Notes: generated from the letters alone by a model not told the origin. DNA of 35,991 bases from an uncultured Actinomycetes bacterium (GCA_964343655.1 CAYFKK010000001.1:1-35991), one strand, 5' to 3'. Positions 19,911 through 29,593 are shown, numbered from the stretch's first letter. A program made the numbers and translations.

Positions 19911-21442
19911 AGTCTGTTTGCCAATTCAATCAATTGTGCAATAGCGATTTTTCGATTTCTAAAATGGAGTCTAGAAACTGGATAGTTTCGCTCCTTAAGT
20001 GCTCGGGCATCACCCAACGCCTGTGCCATCAATAAAGCTTTAAATCCAAATTTTTGATTTGGAATCTTAAAATCTCTTTCAACTTCACCGGTTAATTGCA
20101 AAAAAGATCCGTTTGGTTGGCCACCTTTATGGAACTGGCCAGTTGAATGGAGGAATCTAGGGCCCCAACCAAAAGTTACTGGGCGGCCAGATTTTTTCGC
20201 CAGAATCTCGCGCAACTTATAAATCTCAAGATCTTCGATACGATCTAGATATGCGGTAATCGCCAAGTATCCGTTAATAGGTATGGAATGAATTATTTTG
20301 CGAAGTTCGTCTAAAACATCATGCTTTTCACCAAAAATCTCAATCTCGCCATCAATCGCGATTGACTTGAAATTTGGAATTAAACCATTCCATTCAGCTA
20401 GTAACCTTCCCGTCTGCTCTTTTGCTTCGGTCACATTTGGTTGGTTGAACGGATCAATATTAAGTGCGGTGCCAAGTAGAGCAGTAGTCCATTCCCAAAA
20501 AATAAATTGAGATGCTAGGTCACCACGAACTTGAAGATCACCTGAATTTTCAAAACCGATTCGAATTTGATTACTTCCGATAGTGGCATCGCTCGTTTCG
20601 ATAACAACTGGAAGTCGACCTGTGCCGTCTTTCCCGGTTGATTCTGCAATAAGTTGCTCAATCCAATCTGATAAGCCAGGCATGGAAATCGAATCGGTAA
20701 ATGCAAGATATTGTTCAGATTGAGTGGCTATTAAGTAGGCCAGATCAATTGCTGGATTAAATTCTTCAAAAAGTTGGCCTAAAGTTTGGTGTGCGCTTTG
20801 TAGTAAATCATCTACTTTTATCCCTAATATTGCAGCTGGCACCAAACCAAAAGCGCTCAATGCGCTAAATCTGCCGCCAACATTTGGATCTGCGTTTACT
20901 ACATGGAAACCATTCTTTCTCGCGTCAACATCTAGGGGTGAATTAGGGTCGGTGCAGAAAATCATATGTTCTTTTGGATTTAGGCCAGCTGCATTGAATT
21001 GATCTTCAAAAAACGATCTTTGTGAGGACGTTTCAATTGTTGATCCAGATTTAGAACTCACTAAAACAATAGACTTCTTTAAGTCGTTCTTTAATGCATG
21101 GGAGAGATAATTAGGATCAGTTGAATCCAATATGAAAATTTTCTTACCGTAAGTTGCTGCTAAGACTTCCGGGGCTAGGGAAGATCCACCCATGCCACAC
21201 AAAATCAACTGGTTACCCGCTCCAAATTTGGCTTCGATTTCTTCTAGCTCCGGAATTAAAGTAAGCGATGATGTGGGCAAATCCACCCAATTAAGCCGGA
21301 TGGCAGCTTCCGGTGCAGCTGATTCTCCCCAAATAAAAGGGTCTTTTCTTTTTAACTTCGCATTCGCCGACACAAGTGTGCGGTACAGAGGTGAAGAGCG
21401 ATCAACTCTTGCTAGTAATTCACCATCAATTTCAACTGTCAT
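19907..21442 (-). CDS. pgi: Glucose-6-phosphate isomerase (SIS-domain PGI, of the type found fused to transaldolase in some bacteria)
   Basis: 511 aa with LILCGMGGSSLAPEVL, VLVSSKSGSTIET and GGRFSALSAFGLVPAA, which are PGI/SIS motifs. The N-terminal DPFIWGE...IRLNWVDLP resembles Tal-PGI type enzymes as I recall them. Its ATG overlaps the tal TGA as ATGA. Confidence 0.8.
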   Translation of the reverse strand: MTVEIDGELLARVDRSSPLYRTLVSANAKLKRKDPFIWGESAAPEAAIRLNWVDLPTSSLTLIPELEEIEAKFGAGNQLILCGMGGSSLAPEVLAATYGKKIFILDSTDPNYLSHALKNDLKKSIVLVSSKSGSTIETSSQRSFFEDQFNAAGLNPKEHMIFCTDPNSPLDVDARKNGFHVVNADPNVGGRFSALSAFGLVPAAILGIKVDDLLQSAHQTLGQLFEEFNPAIDLAYLIATQSEQYLAFTDSISMPGLSDWIEQLIAESTGKDGTGRLPVVIETSDATIGSNQIRIGFENSGDLQVRGDLASQFIFWEWTTALLGTALNIDPFNQPNVTEAKEQTGRLLAEWNGLIPNFKSIAIDGEIEIFGEKHDVLDELRKIIHSIPINGYLAITAYLDRIEDLEIYKLREILAKKSGRPVTFGWGPRFLHSTGQFHKGGQPNGSFLQLTGEVERDFKIPNQKFGFKALLMAQALGDARALKERNYPVSRLHFRNRKIAIAQLIELANRL

Positions 21443-22482
21443 TTCTGTACTCGAACCAACTCAATCAGGGCCTTCCAGCTCTCAATGAATTTAGCAATGC
21501 CGTCTCGCTCCAATTCGTCGGTGACTAATTTGAGATTTATTCCAGACGCATTTAGATCCGCCATTATTAACTTGGACTCTTCAATTCGTTGCCCAATTGG
21601 TTTTGCTGATGGATTTCCGTGGTCTAAAAATGCATCAAGTGTGGCTGGTGGCATTGTATTTACGGTATTAGGGGCAATCAATTCATCAATATATTTGGTA
21701 TCCGAATAATTCGAATTCTTTACGCCAGTAGATGCCCAGAGCGGTCGTTGAAAATTTAAAGTATTTTCTAACCCAGTAAATTTCTTTTGGAAAAGCTCAT
21801 ATGCTAAGCAGGCATTGGCAACAGCTGCTTTACCTTTTAGCGTTTCATTTTCTAAAAGTGGATCTATTGCGGTATCGAGTCGTGAGATAAAGAATGATGC
21901 AACGGAATGAACTTTTTTCGGATTAGCACATTTTTTGGCACCGGCAATGTAGGCGTCAATTACTTCGCCGTATCTTTCGATTGAAAATATTAAAGTCACG
22001 TTTACAGAAATACCAGATGAGATTAATTCGGTTAGAGCGACCAAACCTTCCTTAGTTGCCGGAACTTTGATCATCAAATTTTCTTGGTCGATCATGCCCC
22101 AAAGTCGTTTCGCTTGCTCAACAGTTTTAGTTGCATCATGCGCAAGTCGAGGATCTACTTCGATACTGACGCGACCATCGACACCATTAGTTTCCGAATA
22201 AATTGGCTTTAAAATTTGGCAAGCTCTTCGTACGTCATCCGTGGTTAGCTGCTCAATAATTTCTTCCGCATTTAAATTGCGAATCGTTTCAATATCATTT
22301 CTATAACTTGGATCTTTGGTTATGGCGGCGGTAAAAATTGCCGGATTTGTGGTTACTCCATAAATTTCGCGCCGATTTACCCGGTTGACCAGAGAATTTG
22401 AATTACCGTTATCGATGTTGCCGCGGGATAAGTCATCTAGCCAGGCCGATGTTCCGGCTTGATAAAGATCTGATATTTTCAT
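21439..22482 (-). CDS. tal: Transaldolase (actinobacterial long type)
   Basis: 347 aa starting with AGTSAWLDDLSR, with the active-site region MIKVPATKEG and the motifs VNVTLIFS and ASFFISRLD. Confidence 0.9.
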   Translation of the reverse strand: MKISDLYQAGTSAWLDDLSRGNIDNGNSNSLVNRVNRREIYGVTTNPAIFTAAITKDPSYRNDIETIRNLNAEEIIEQLTTDDVRRACQILKPIYSETNGVDGRVSIEVDPRLAHDATKTVEQAKRLWGMIDQENLMIKVPATKEGLVALTELISSGISVNVTLIFSIERYGEVIDAYIAGAKKCANPKKVHSVASFFISRLDTAIDPLLENETLKGKAAVANACLAYELFQKKFTGLENTLNFQRPLWASTGVKNSNYSDTKYIDELIAPNTVNTMPPATLDAFLDHGNPSAKPIGQRIEESKLIMADLNASGINLKLVTDELERDGIAKFIESWKALIELVRVQK

Positions 22483-24482
22483 CGGATTCTAGCTTTTATC
22501 TTCTCTGTAATTGATTCCGGCGCAAAACCATATTCTTCAAATAGAATTTTCGGTGAAGCAGATGCGCCGTAATGTTCTAACGAAATCACAATTCCATCTG
22601 CCCCTACATAGTCACGCCATCCTTGAGCAATACCAACCTCGATGCTCACCTTTAAAACATCTTTTGGAAGTACCGAGGATTTGTAGCTTTCAGATTGATC
22701 GTTAAACCATTCAAGACAAGGCGCGCTGACAACTTGTACATCAGGAAGCATTTCCGAAATTTTCATCGCGATTGAAACCTCTGAACCTGTCGCAATAATT
22801 ACGACCTTTGGATTTCTTGCCGATTTCAATATGTAAGCACCTTTGGCAACTCCCTCAGCGCTCTCTAATTCACCACGATCAAAAACCGGTAAATTCTGGC
22901 GAGATAGCGCGATTCCGGCAGGTTTGTTTCGCTTCAGGATTTCCAGCCAAGCAACTGCAACTTCATTTGCATCGGCAGGTCTTACAAAATTGAAATTTGG
23001 GATTGCACGAAGTGCCGCAAAATGTTCAATCGGCTGATGCGTTGGACCATCTTCGCCCAAACCAATCGAATCGTGGCTCCATACAAATATTGATGGAATA
23101 TCCATCAGTGCTGCCAAACGTACTGCTGGGCGCATGTAATCACTGAAAACTAAAAAGGTTCCACCAAATGCTCTTGATAAACCATTTAACGTGATGCCAT
23201 TCAAGATTGCACCCATCGCATGTTCTCGAATTCCAAAATGGATTACTCGACCAAATGGTGAGGCACCTTTAATTGAGCTACTTGCTGGCAAAAACGACCC
23301 ACCATTTTCAATTGTGGTGTTGTTACTTTCCGCTAAATCAGCCGAACCGCCCCAAAGTTCGGGCATCGTTTCCGCAATGGCATTAATTACTTTGCCTGAT
23401 GCGGCTCTAGTCGATAATTCCTTCTCACTAGAGAAAGTTGGCAATTTAATTTCAGGTAGTTCCCGCGCCATTAATCGCTTTAATAGTTTCGCTGAAGCTG
23501 GATTGCTAATTTCCCATTTGGCGAATTCTTCGTCCCATTTCTTGTGGATAACCGCACCACGTTCTTTCACCTTACGTGCATGATCCAATAAGTTTGCTGG
23601 CATTGCAAAAATTTCGTCAGGATTTAATCCAAGTTCTTTCTTAGTTGCGGCAATTTCGTCTGGTCCAAGTGCTGAACCATGAGATTTTGCAGTATTTCGC
23701 GCATTTGGCGCTGGCCACGCAATTACTGTTTGAATTCGAATTAAAGATGGTTTTGTTTTCTCATTCTTAGCATTTTCGAGCGCTTGATCTATGGCAGATA
23801 AATTTGCCGAACCATCTGAGTTTGCTGAGATATCTTGAACGTGCCAACCGTATGCTCGATAACGAGCCGAGACATCTTCTTTGAAAGTTAATTGCGTATC
23901 GCCTTCAATCGAAATTCGATTTTCATCAAATAGCACGATTAAATTACCAAGTTCTTGCGTGCCGGCAATCGAAGATGCCTCACTACTAACGCCTTCCTGT
24001 AAATCACCTTCGGAACAAATTACATAAATTCTGTGATCAAATAGTTCAGAATTTTTATCTATCAATCCTTTGTTAAACCGAGTTGCCATGGCCATTCCGA
24101 CCGCCGTGGCAATTCCTTGACCGAGTGGCCCGGTTGTCATTTCGACCCCAGCTGTATGACCGAATTCGGGATGGCCAGGAGTTAATGAATTATGGGTTCG
24201 AAAAGCTTCTAAATCAGCCAATTCCAGGCCGTAACCACTTAAGAATAATTGGGTATAAAGCGTCAAAGAAGAGTGGCCACACGATAGAACAAATCGATCT
24301 CGACCGATCCATTTTGGATCAGCCGGATCATGAACTAAGTGGCGCTGGAAAAGTAAATAAGCCACGGGTGCGAGTGACATTGCGGTTCCTGGATGACCAT
24401 GACCAGCCTTTTGCACTGCATCTGCAGCTAAGACTCGGGCATATTTAATTACTTCATCATCTTCTTTAACCCAATTATTCAA
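22479..24482 (-). CDS. tkt: Transketolase
   Basis: 667 aa with VLAADAVQKAGHGHPGTAMSLAP, the ThDP motif GDLQEGVSSEA...NLIVLFDENRISIEG, GIREHAMG and GEDGPTHQPIE. The TTG start at 24482 overlaps the ctaA TGA as TTGA. Confidence 0.95.
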   Translation of the reverse strand: MNNWVKEDDEVIKYARVLAADAVQKAGHGHPGTAMSLAPVAYLLFQRHLVHDPADPKWIGRDRFVLSCGHSSLTLYTQLFLSGYGLELADLEAFRTHNSLTPGHPEFGHTAGVEMTTGPLGQGIATAVGMAMATRFNKGLIDKNSELFDHRIYVICSEGDLQEGVSSEASSIAGTQELGNLIVLFDENRISIEGDTQLTFKEDVSARYRAYGWHVQDISANSDGSANLSAIDQALENAKNEKTKPSLIRIQTVIAWPAPNARNTAKSHGSALGPDEIAATKKELGLNPDEIFAMPANLLDHARKVKERGAVIHKKWDEEFAKWEISNPASAKLLKRLMARELPEIKLPTFSSEKELSTRAASGKVINAIAETMPELWGGSADLAESNNTTIENGGSFLPASSSIKGASPFGRVIHFGIREHAMGAILNGITLNGLSRAFGGTFLVFSDYMRPAVRLAALMDIPSIFVWSHDSIGLGEDGPTHQPIEHFAALRAIPNFNFVRPADANEVAVAWLEILKRNKPAGIALSRQNLPVFDRGELESAEGVAKGAYILKSARNPKVVIIATGSEVSIAMKISEMLPDVQVVSAPCLEWFNDQSESYKSSVLPKDVLKVSIEVGIAQGWRDYVGADGIVISLEHYGASASPKILFEEYGFAPESITEKIKARIR

Positions 24483-25324
24483 TTGATACTCCCTCTAATG
24501 AGTTCTTTAACTTCAGCAGTTATAAATCTAATACGGACGCGCCAGGCGAAAATCCAAAATAGCGCCGCACCCAGCATATGGGTTGCAACTAATATTTCTG
24601 GAACTCCAGTAAAAAATTGAACGTAACCAATAACTCCTTGCGCAAGTGCAACTAACGCAAAAATTCGAATTTCATTTGAAATATGTTTTGCCGTTAAGTA
24701 AAGGGCTAAAGTTATACCGAACATAGCGATTACTAAGTCAGCGTGAAGAAAAGCCACAGTCTGAACTTTAAATGGAAACCGCGGTGATTTAACATCTCCG
24801 GCATGCGGCCCAGATCCAGTAACAATTGTTCCGACTAAAACCACCAAAAATGCGCTAATTATGTGGGCTTTGGAAAGCCAGCTATCAGAAACTTTGGTCA
24901 AAGGACGATCGCGTTTAAGAAATAGCGAAGTTGCCCCGGCAATTAAAAATATCGAAAGAATAAAATGACCAGCAACAGGAATCGGATTTAATTGAGTTAA
25001 AACAGTAATGCCACCCAAAACACCTTGACCAAAAATTCCAAGGACTTGAAATAGCGCAAGTAAACGTAGATCTTTGCGAGCTTTCCAAACCGCAAAAAGA
25101 GTTGTAATCGAGGCAGCTACTAGCGCGAAGGTAAGCAATCGATTGCCGAATTCGATCCAAGTATGTAATTGGTCTTGCGTAGAAATCGGGGTCCAAGAAC
25201 CTTGGGTACATTCTGGCCAAGTCGGGCAGCCAAGCCCCGATCCCGTTAACCGAACGGCGCCGCCTGAAACAATTAATAAGGCTTGTAACGCCAGAAGTGA
25301 TGCGGCAGAGCGGCGAATCAACAT
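24479..25324 (-). CDS. ctaA: Heme A synthase (COX15/CtaA family)
   Basis: 281-aa polytopic membrane protein with GGAVRLTGSGLGCPTWPEC near the N-terminus and conserved His residues in TM helices (HTWIEFGNR, HFILS, HADLV, HMLGA). Confidence 0.8.
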   Translation of the reverse strand: MLIRRSAASLLALQALLIVSGGAVRLTGSGLGCPTWPECTQGSWTPISTQDQLHTWIEFGNRLLTFALVAASITTLFAVWKARKDLRLLALFQVLGIFGQGVLGGITVLTQLNPIPVAGHFILSIFLIAGATSLFLKRDRPLTKVSDSWLSKAHIISAFLVVLVGTIVTGSGPHAGDVKSPRFPFKVQTVAFLHADLVIAMFGITLALYLTAKHISNEIRIFALVALAQGVIGYVQFFTGVPEILVATHMLGAALFWIFAWRVRIRFITAEVKELIRGSIN

Positions 25325-25330
25325 GCCCCC

Positions 25331-25336
25331 AGCCTA
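25331..25336 (-). promoter_or_regulatory. Candidate -10 element (TAGGCT on minus strand) for a leaderless ctaA mRNA
   Basis: The minus-strand sequence reads TAGGCT-gggggc-ATG (ATG at complement 25324-25322). The hexamer matches TANNNT with 6-nt spacing. Confidence 0.3.
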
Positions 25337-25393
25337 CAAGTGTCCGATTTGGCCCTTGCGGTCGAATTACGACACAATACCGTTGTGAAAATC

Positions 25394-26041
25394 ATGGACG
25401 CCGAAGGAACCCGTGAGCAGGTGGCTCGATCGATCTTGGAAAATGGTCCTTCTACTGCCGCGGTATTGAGCAAGCGCCTTGGGATCACGCCGGCAGGCAT
25501 TCGCCGCCACACTGAAGCGCTGATTGCTGATGGATACCTCGAAGCGCGAGAACCACATTCGGCATTAACTCGCGGTCGCGGCCGACCATCTAAAGTTTTT
25601 GTTTTAACCGATACAGGTCGGCAACAGTTTGAACATTCTTATGATGATTTAGCGATTTCCGCACTTCGCTTCATGGCAGTGAAATCTGGAGAAAATTTAA
25701 TTAACGATTTTGCCAAAGCCCGTGCGCTTGAGATGGAGAAAAAGGTTTCAGAAAAGTTAGCCAATTCAAAGGAACCAGAAAAAACATTCGCCAAATTTTT
25801 GAGTGACGAAGGGTATGCGACAACCATCAATAAAATGCCAGTAGGGCAGGAGCTGTGTCAACATCACTGTCCGGTAGCTCACGTTGCAGCGGAATTTCCG
25901 CAAATATGTGATGCGGAAACGGAAATGTTTTCCCGAGTGCTTGGTACCCATGTTCAAAGATTGGCGACCATCGCAAATGGCGATGGCGTTTGCACCACAT
26001 TTGTACCAGCATTAAAAACATCAACCAATAGAGGAAACTAA
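25394..26041 (+). CDS. sufR: SufR-type winged-helix transcriptional regulator of the suf operon
   Basis: The N-terminal wHTH is [37 protein letters not shown]. The C-terminal Cys/His cluster is [21 protein letters not shown]...[10 protein letters not shown], typical of actinobacterial SufR (Rv1460-like). The gene lies directly upstream of sufB. The start could instead be GTG 25385 or GTG 25340; I prefer ATG 25394. Confidence 0.7.
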   Translation: MDAEGTREQVARSILENGPSTAAVLSKRLGITPAGIRRHTEALIADGYLEAREPHSALTRGRGRPSKVFVLTDTGRQQFEHSYDDLAISALRFMAVKSGENLINDFAKARALEMEKKVSEKLANSKEPEKTFAKFLSDEGYATTINKMPVGQELCQHHCPVAHVAAEFPQICDAETEMFSRVLGTHVQRLATIANGDGVCTTFVPALKTSTNRGN

Positions 26042-26043
26042 AA

Positions 26044-27453
26044 ATGACCACAACGCATCCAGAATTAGAAGGAATTGGAAAATATGAATACGGTTGGTCC
26101 GATCCTGACAAAGCTGGTCAAGCAGCAAATCGTGGATTAAGTGAAGCTGTTGTCCGCGATATTTCTTCAAAAAAGAATGAACCACAATGGATGTTGGATC
26201 TTCGGTTGAAGGGCTTATCGCTATTCGATAAGAAACCGATGCCAAATTGGGGTTCAGATCTTTCGGGAATTCATTTTGACACCATTAAATATTTTGTTCG
26301 CTCAACCGAGAAGCAAGCTCAATCTTGGGAAGATTTACCAGAGGATATTAAGAATACTTATGATCGTTTGGGTATTCCGGAGGCAGAGAAACAACGGTTA
26401 GTTGCAGGTGTAGCCGCTCAGTACGAATCTGAAGTTGTTTATCACTCGATTCGTGAAGACTTAGCAGCCCAAGGAGTTATCTTTTTAGATACCGATACCG
26501 GACTTAAAGAGCATCCTGAAATTTTTCAAGAATATTTTGGCAGTGTAATTCCGGTTGGTGATAATAAATTCGCAGCATTGAACACAGCTGTTTGGTCAGG
26601 TGGATCTTTTATCTACGTACCAAAGGGCGTACATGTTGAAATTCCACTTCAAGCGTATTTCCGAATTAACACCGAGAATATGGGTCAATTTGAACGTACT
26701 TTAATTATCGCTGACGAAGGTTCTTATGTTCACTATGTCGAAGGATGTACCGCGCCAATCTATTCATCTGACTCCCTCCACTCGGCAGTAGTTGAAATCA
26801 TTGTTAAAAAGAATGCTCGAGTTCGATACACCACAATCCAGAACTGGTCTAACAACGTTTACAACTTAGTGACTAAACGTGCTACTTGCGCTGAGGGCGC
26901 CACTATGGAATGGATTGATGGAAATATTGGATCGAAGGTAACCATGAAGTACCCGGCGGTTTTCTTAATGGGACCACATGCTAAAGGTGAAACGCTATCA
27001 ATAGCTTTTGCTGGTGAGGGTCAGCATCAAGATGCCGGCGCAAAGATGGTTCATGCAGCGCCGCACACTTCCTCAACTATTATTTCTAAATCGGTTGCTC
27101 GTGGTGGTGGGCGAACTTCATATCGTGGATTAGTTCAAGTTACTGAGGGTTCGCATCACTCTAAGAGCACAGTCAAATGTGATGCGCTTTTAGTGGACAC
27201 AATTTCCCGTTCTGACACCTATCCATATGTCGATGTTCGCGAAGATGACGTGTCGATGGGTCATGAAGCAACTGTTTCCAAAGTGTCAGACGATCAACTC
27301 TTTTATCTAATGTCACGTGGCCTCTCCGAAGATGAAGCGATGGCGATGATTGTTCGTGGCTTTATCGAACCAATTGCCCGCGAATTACCTATGGAATATG
27401 CCTTGGAATTAAATCGCTTAATTGAACTTCAAATGGAAGGAGCGGTCGGTTAA
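26044..27453 (+). CDS. sufB: Fe-S cluster assembly protein SufB
   Basis: 469 aa with strong SufB hallmarks: [29 protein letters not shown] and [21 protein letters not shown]. Confidence 0.95.
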   Translation: MTTTHPELEGIGKYEYGWSDPDKAGQAANRGLSEAVVRDISSKKNEPQWMLDLRLKGLSLFDKKPMPNWGSDLSGIHFDTIKYFVRSTEKQAQSWEDLPEDIKNTYDRLGIPEAEKQRLVAGVAAQYESEVVYHSIREDLAAQGVIFLDTDTGLKEHPEIFQEYFGSVIPVGDNKFAALNTAVWSGGSFIYVPKGVHVEIPLQAYFRINTENMGQFERTLIIADEGSYVHYVEGCTAPIYSSDSLHSAVVEIIVKKNARVRYTTIQNWSNNVYNLVTKRATCAEGATMEWIDGNIGSKVTMKYPAVFLMGPHAKGETLSIAFAGEGQHQDAGAKMVHAAPHTSSTIISKSVARGGGRTSYRGLVQVTEGSHHSKSTVKCDALLVDTISRSDTYPYVDVREDDVSMGHEATVSKVSDDQLFYLMSRGLSEDEAMAMIVRGFIEPIARELPMEYALELNRLIELQMEGAVG

Positions 27454-28526
27454 TGAGTGCGCTAAACACAAATATTTTGACGCCAACTGGACGCGAAGAG
27501 GCTTGGCGATTCACTCCGCTTTCGCGCCTTAGTGGTCTTCACGATGGTAGCGCCAAATTAAATTCAGGCCATTCCTTAATTTCAAAATCTTTACCGAATG
27601 GTGCAAAGTTTGAACGGATTTCAACGGATAAGCATTCGACAAGTAGCGACGATGTAATTGTGCAACGAGTGGTCGGTAGTAAATCAATGGCGAAAGTCGA
27701 AATATCCGGTGAATTAAGTGAACCGGTTATCTTGGGGCGAAATTCATTAGGAATTTCTGAAGCCGAGTATTCTCGGGTGCAAATTATTGCTAAAAACCAC
27801 TCCAAATCTGTTGTAATTATTGAAAATACTGGCAGTGCATTATTGGCTGAAGATTTGGAATTGTTCTTAGAACCAGGATCAGATTTAACTCTTATTACAC
27901 TTCAAGAATTTAATAATGATTCAACTTATGCGGCTAGACATCATGCAATTATTGATAAGGATGCCAAATTTAAATCAATCACGGTTACCGTGGGCGGATC
28001 AGTTGTTCGGATACTACCTACAGTTGAATTCAAAGCATCTGGTGCTGAAGCAGATTTACAAGGTGTGTATTTTGCGACCGCAGGGCAACATTTAGAACAT
28101 CGATTACACGTTGATCATTTGGTTCCAAATGCTAAATCTCGCGTGAATTACAAAGGTGCTCTGGCCGGAGATGGCGCCCGAACAGTCTGGATTGGTGATG
28201 TCTTTATTCGCGCAGCCGCAGAAGGAACTGATACCTACGAATTAAATCGCAATTTATTGTTGAGCGATGGGGCTCGAGCTGATTCAGTGCCAAATCTAGA
28301 GATTGAAACTGGCGAAATTATTGGTGCTGGCCACGCTAGCACCACAGGTCGGTTTGATGATGAGCAGCTGTTTTATTTGATGTCGCGAGGCATTGCAAAA
28401 GAAGAAGCTCGTCGCTTGGTTATTCGGGGTTTTTTCAACGAAATAATTACCCAAATTAAGAACGATCAAATTGAAGAACGATTAATGGGTCGAATCGATG
28501 CCGAACTAGCAAAGGTTGGTCAATAA
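27453..28526 (+). CDS. sufD: Fe-S cluster assembly protein SufD
   Basis: 357 aa with REEAWRFTPL at the N-terminus, a beta-helix core, and the C-terminal FYLMSRGIAKEEARRLVIRGFF. Its ATG overlaps the sufB TAA as TAATG. Confidence 0.9.
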   Translation: MSALNTNILTPTGREEAWRFTPLSRLSGLHDGSAKLNSGHSLISKSLPNGAKFERISTDKHSTSSDDVIVQRVVGSKSMAKVEISGELSEPVILGRNSLGISEAEYSRVQIIAKNHSKSVVIIENTGSALLAEDLELFLEPGSDLTLITLQEFNNDSTYAARHHAIIDKDAKFKSITVTVGGSVVRILPTVEFKASGAEADLQGVYFATAGQHLEHRLHVDHLVPNAKSRVNYKGALAGDGARTVWIGDVFIRAAAEGTDTYELNRNLLLSDGARADSVPNLEIETGEIIGAGHASTTGRFDDEQLFYLMSRGIAKEEARRLVIRGFFNEIITQIKNDQIEERLMGRIDAELAKVGQ

Positions 28527-28823
28527 ATGGCGGATTTTTTGCTTTCAAATTTAACTGAGGGAAAACCAGTTTCAGTTACTAAAAATGGTAAAACAATCTG
28601 TGTAGCGAGAGTTGGTGATGAAGTTTTCGCAATTGAAGATAACTGCTCACATCAAGATGCGGCGCTTTCTGAAGGTACTCAAGATGGGTACAAAATTGAA
28701 TGTTGGCTTCATTCAGCGGAATTTGATTTAAGAAGCGGTGAAGCTTTAACGCCCCCTGCAGTATCGCCAGTTAAAACATTTGGCGTAAAAATTAATAATA
28801 ACGAGATTGAAATCGAAGCATAG
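28527..28823 (+). CDS. Rieske [2Fe-2S] ferredoxin (non-heme iron oxygenase ferredoxin-subunit-like) embedded in the suf operon
   Basis: 98 aa with the Rieske ligand motifs CSHQ (CxH) and CWLHSAEF (CxxH). Its start abuts the sufD stop with 0 nt between them. Confidence 0.85.
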   Translation: MADFLLSNLTEGKPVSVTKNGKTICVARVGDEVFAIEDNCSHQDAALSEGTQDGYKIECWLHSAEFDLRSGEALTPPAVSPVKTFGVKINNNEIEIEA

Positions 28824-28843
28824 GAAGCGAGTCGAAGAGAATT

Positions 28844-29593
28844 ATGAGCACACTAGAAATCGAAGGCCTCAAAGTAAGCGTTGAAACTGAAAATGGTCCA
28901 AAGGAAATCCTCAAAGGAGTCGATTTAACAATCAAGTCGGGTGAAACTCACGCAATTATGGGACCTAACGGGTCTGGAAAATCAACTCTCGCTTATGCAA
29001 TTGCTGGCCATCCGAAATATTCAATCACTGGAGGCTCCGTCAAACTTGATGGTTCCGACGTTTTAGAAATGTCAGTAGATGAACGAGCCAAAGCTGGAAT
29101 GTTTCTAGCAATGCAATATCCAGTCGAAGTTCCTGGAGTATCAGTAAGTAATTTCTTACGAACTGCTGCAACTGCTCTACGCGGCGAAGCACCAAAAATT
29201 CGTACTTGGGTTGGCGAAGTTAAAGACGCAATGACCGCGTTGAAAATGGACCCAAGTTTTGCCGAACGAAGTGTCAACGAAGGATTTTCAGGTGGCGAAA
29301 AGAAACGCCATGAGATCATGCAATTGGAATTGCTAAAACCGAAAATCGCCATTCTGGATGAAACTGATTCAGGATTAGATGTAGATGCACTTCGGATTGT
29401 TTCAGAAGGAGTAAATAGAGCAAAGGCGGCGAACAACTTGGGTGTTCTGCTCATTACTCACTACACAAGAATTTTGCGCTACATCAAACCAGATTTTGTA
29501 CATGTGTTTGCTGGCGGAAAAATTGTTGAAGAGGGTGGACCAGAATTGGCGGAACGCTTGGAAGAGCAAGGTTACGAGGCTTACGTTTCGTAA
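28844..29593 (+). CDS. sufC: Fe-S cluster assembly ATPase SufC
   Basis: 249 aa with Walker A GPNGSGKST, FSGGEKKRHEIMQL, Walker B AILDETDSGLD and ITHY. Confidence 0.95.
   Translation: MSTLEIEGLKVSVETENGPKEILKGVDLTIKSGETHAIMGPNGSGKSTLAYAIAGHPKYSITGGSVKLDGSDVLEMSVDERAKAGMFLAMQYPVEVPGVSVSNFLRTAATALRGEAPKIRTWVGEVKDAMTALKMDPSFAERSVNEGFSGGEKKRHEIMQLELLKPKIAILDETDSGLDVDALRIVSEGVNRAKAANNLGVLLITHYTRILRYIKPDFVHVFAGGKIVEEGGPELAERLEEQGYEAYVS

Noticed and set aside
25340-25393. GTG 25340 as the sufR start (the 233-aa version in the ORF track).
   Set aside because: It would leave only 15 nt between the divergent ctaA and sufR starts. It would also add 18 residues before the winged-helix domain that carry no recognisable SufR sequence. 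ATG 25394 is preferred, though GTG 25385 cannot be excluded.
28993-29454. 153-aa ORF antisense to sufC. Similar antisense ORFs lie in polA (3098-3532), tkt (23191-23583), pgk (17716-18108), the uvrA/uvrC junction (11207-11566), yvcK (14320-14670) and SURF1 (33582-33989).
   Set aside because: All are embedded opposite well-supported conserved genes, have Ser/Arg/Pro-rich nonsense-like composition and lack translation signals. I treat them as shadow ORFs unless ribosome profiling shows otherwise.
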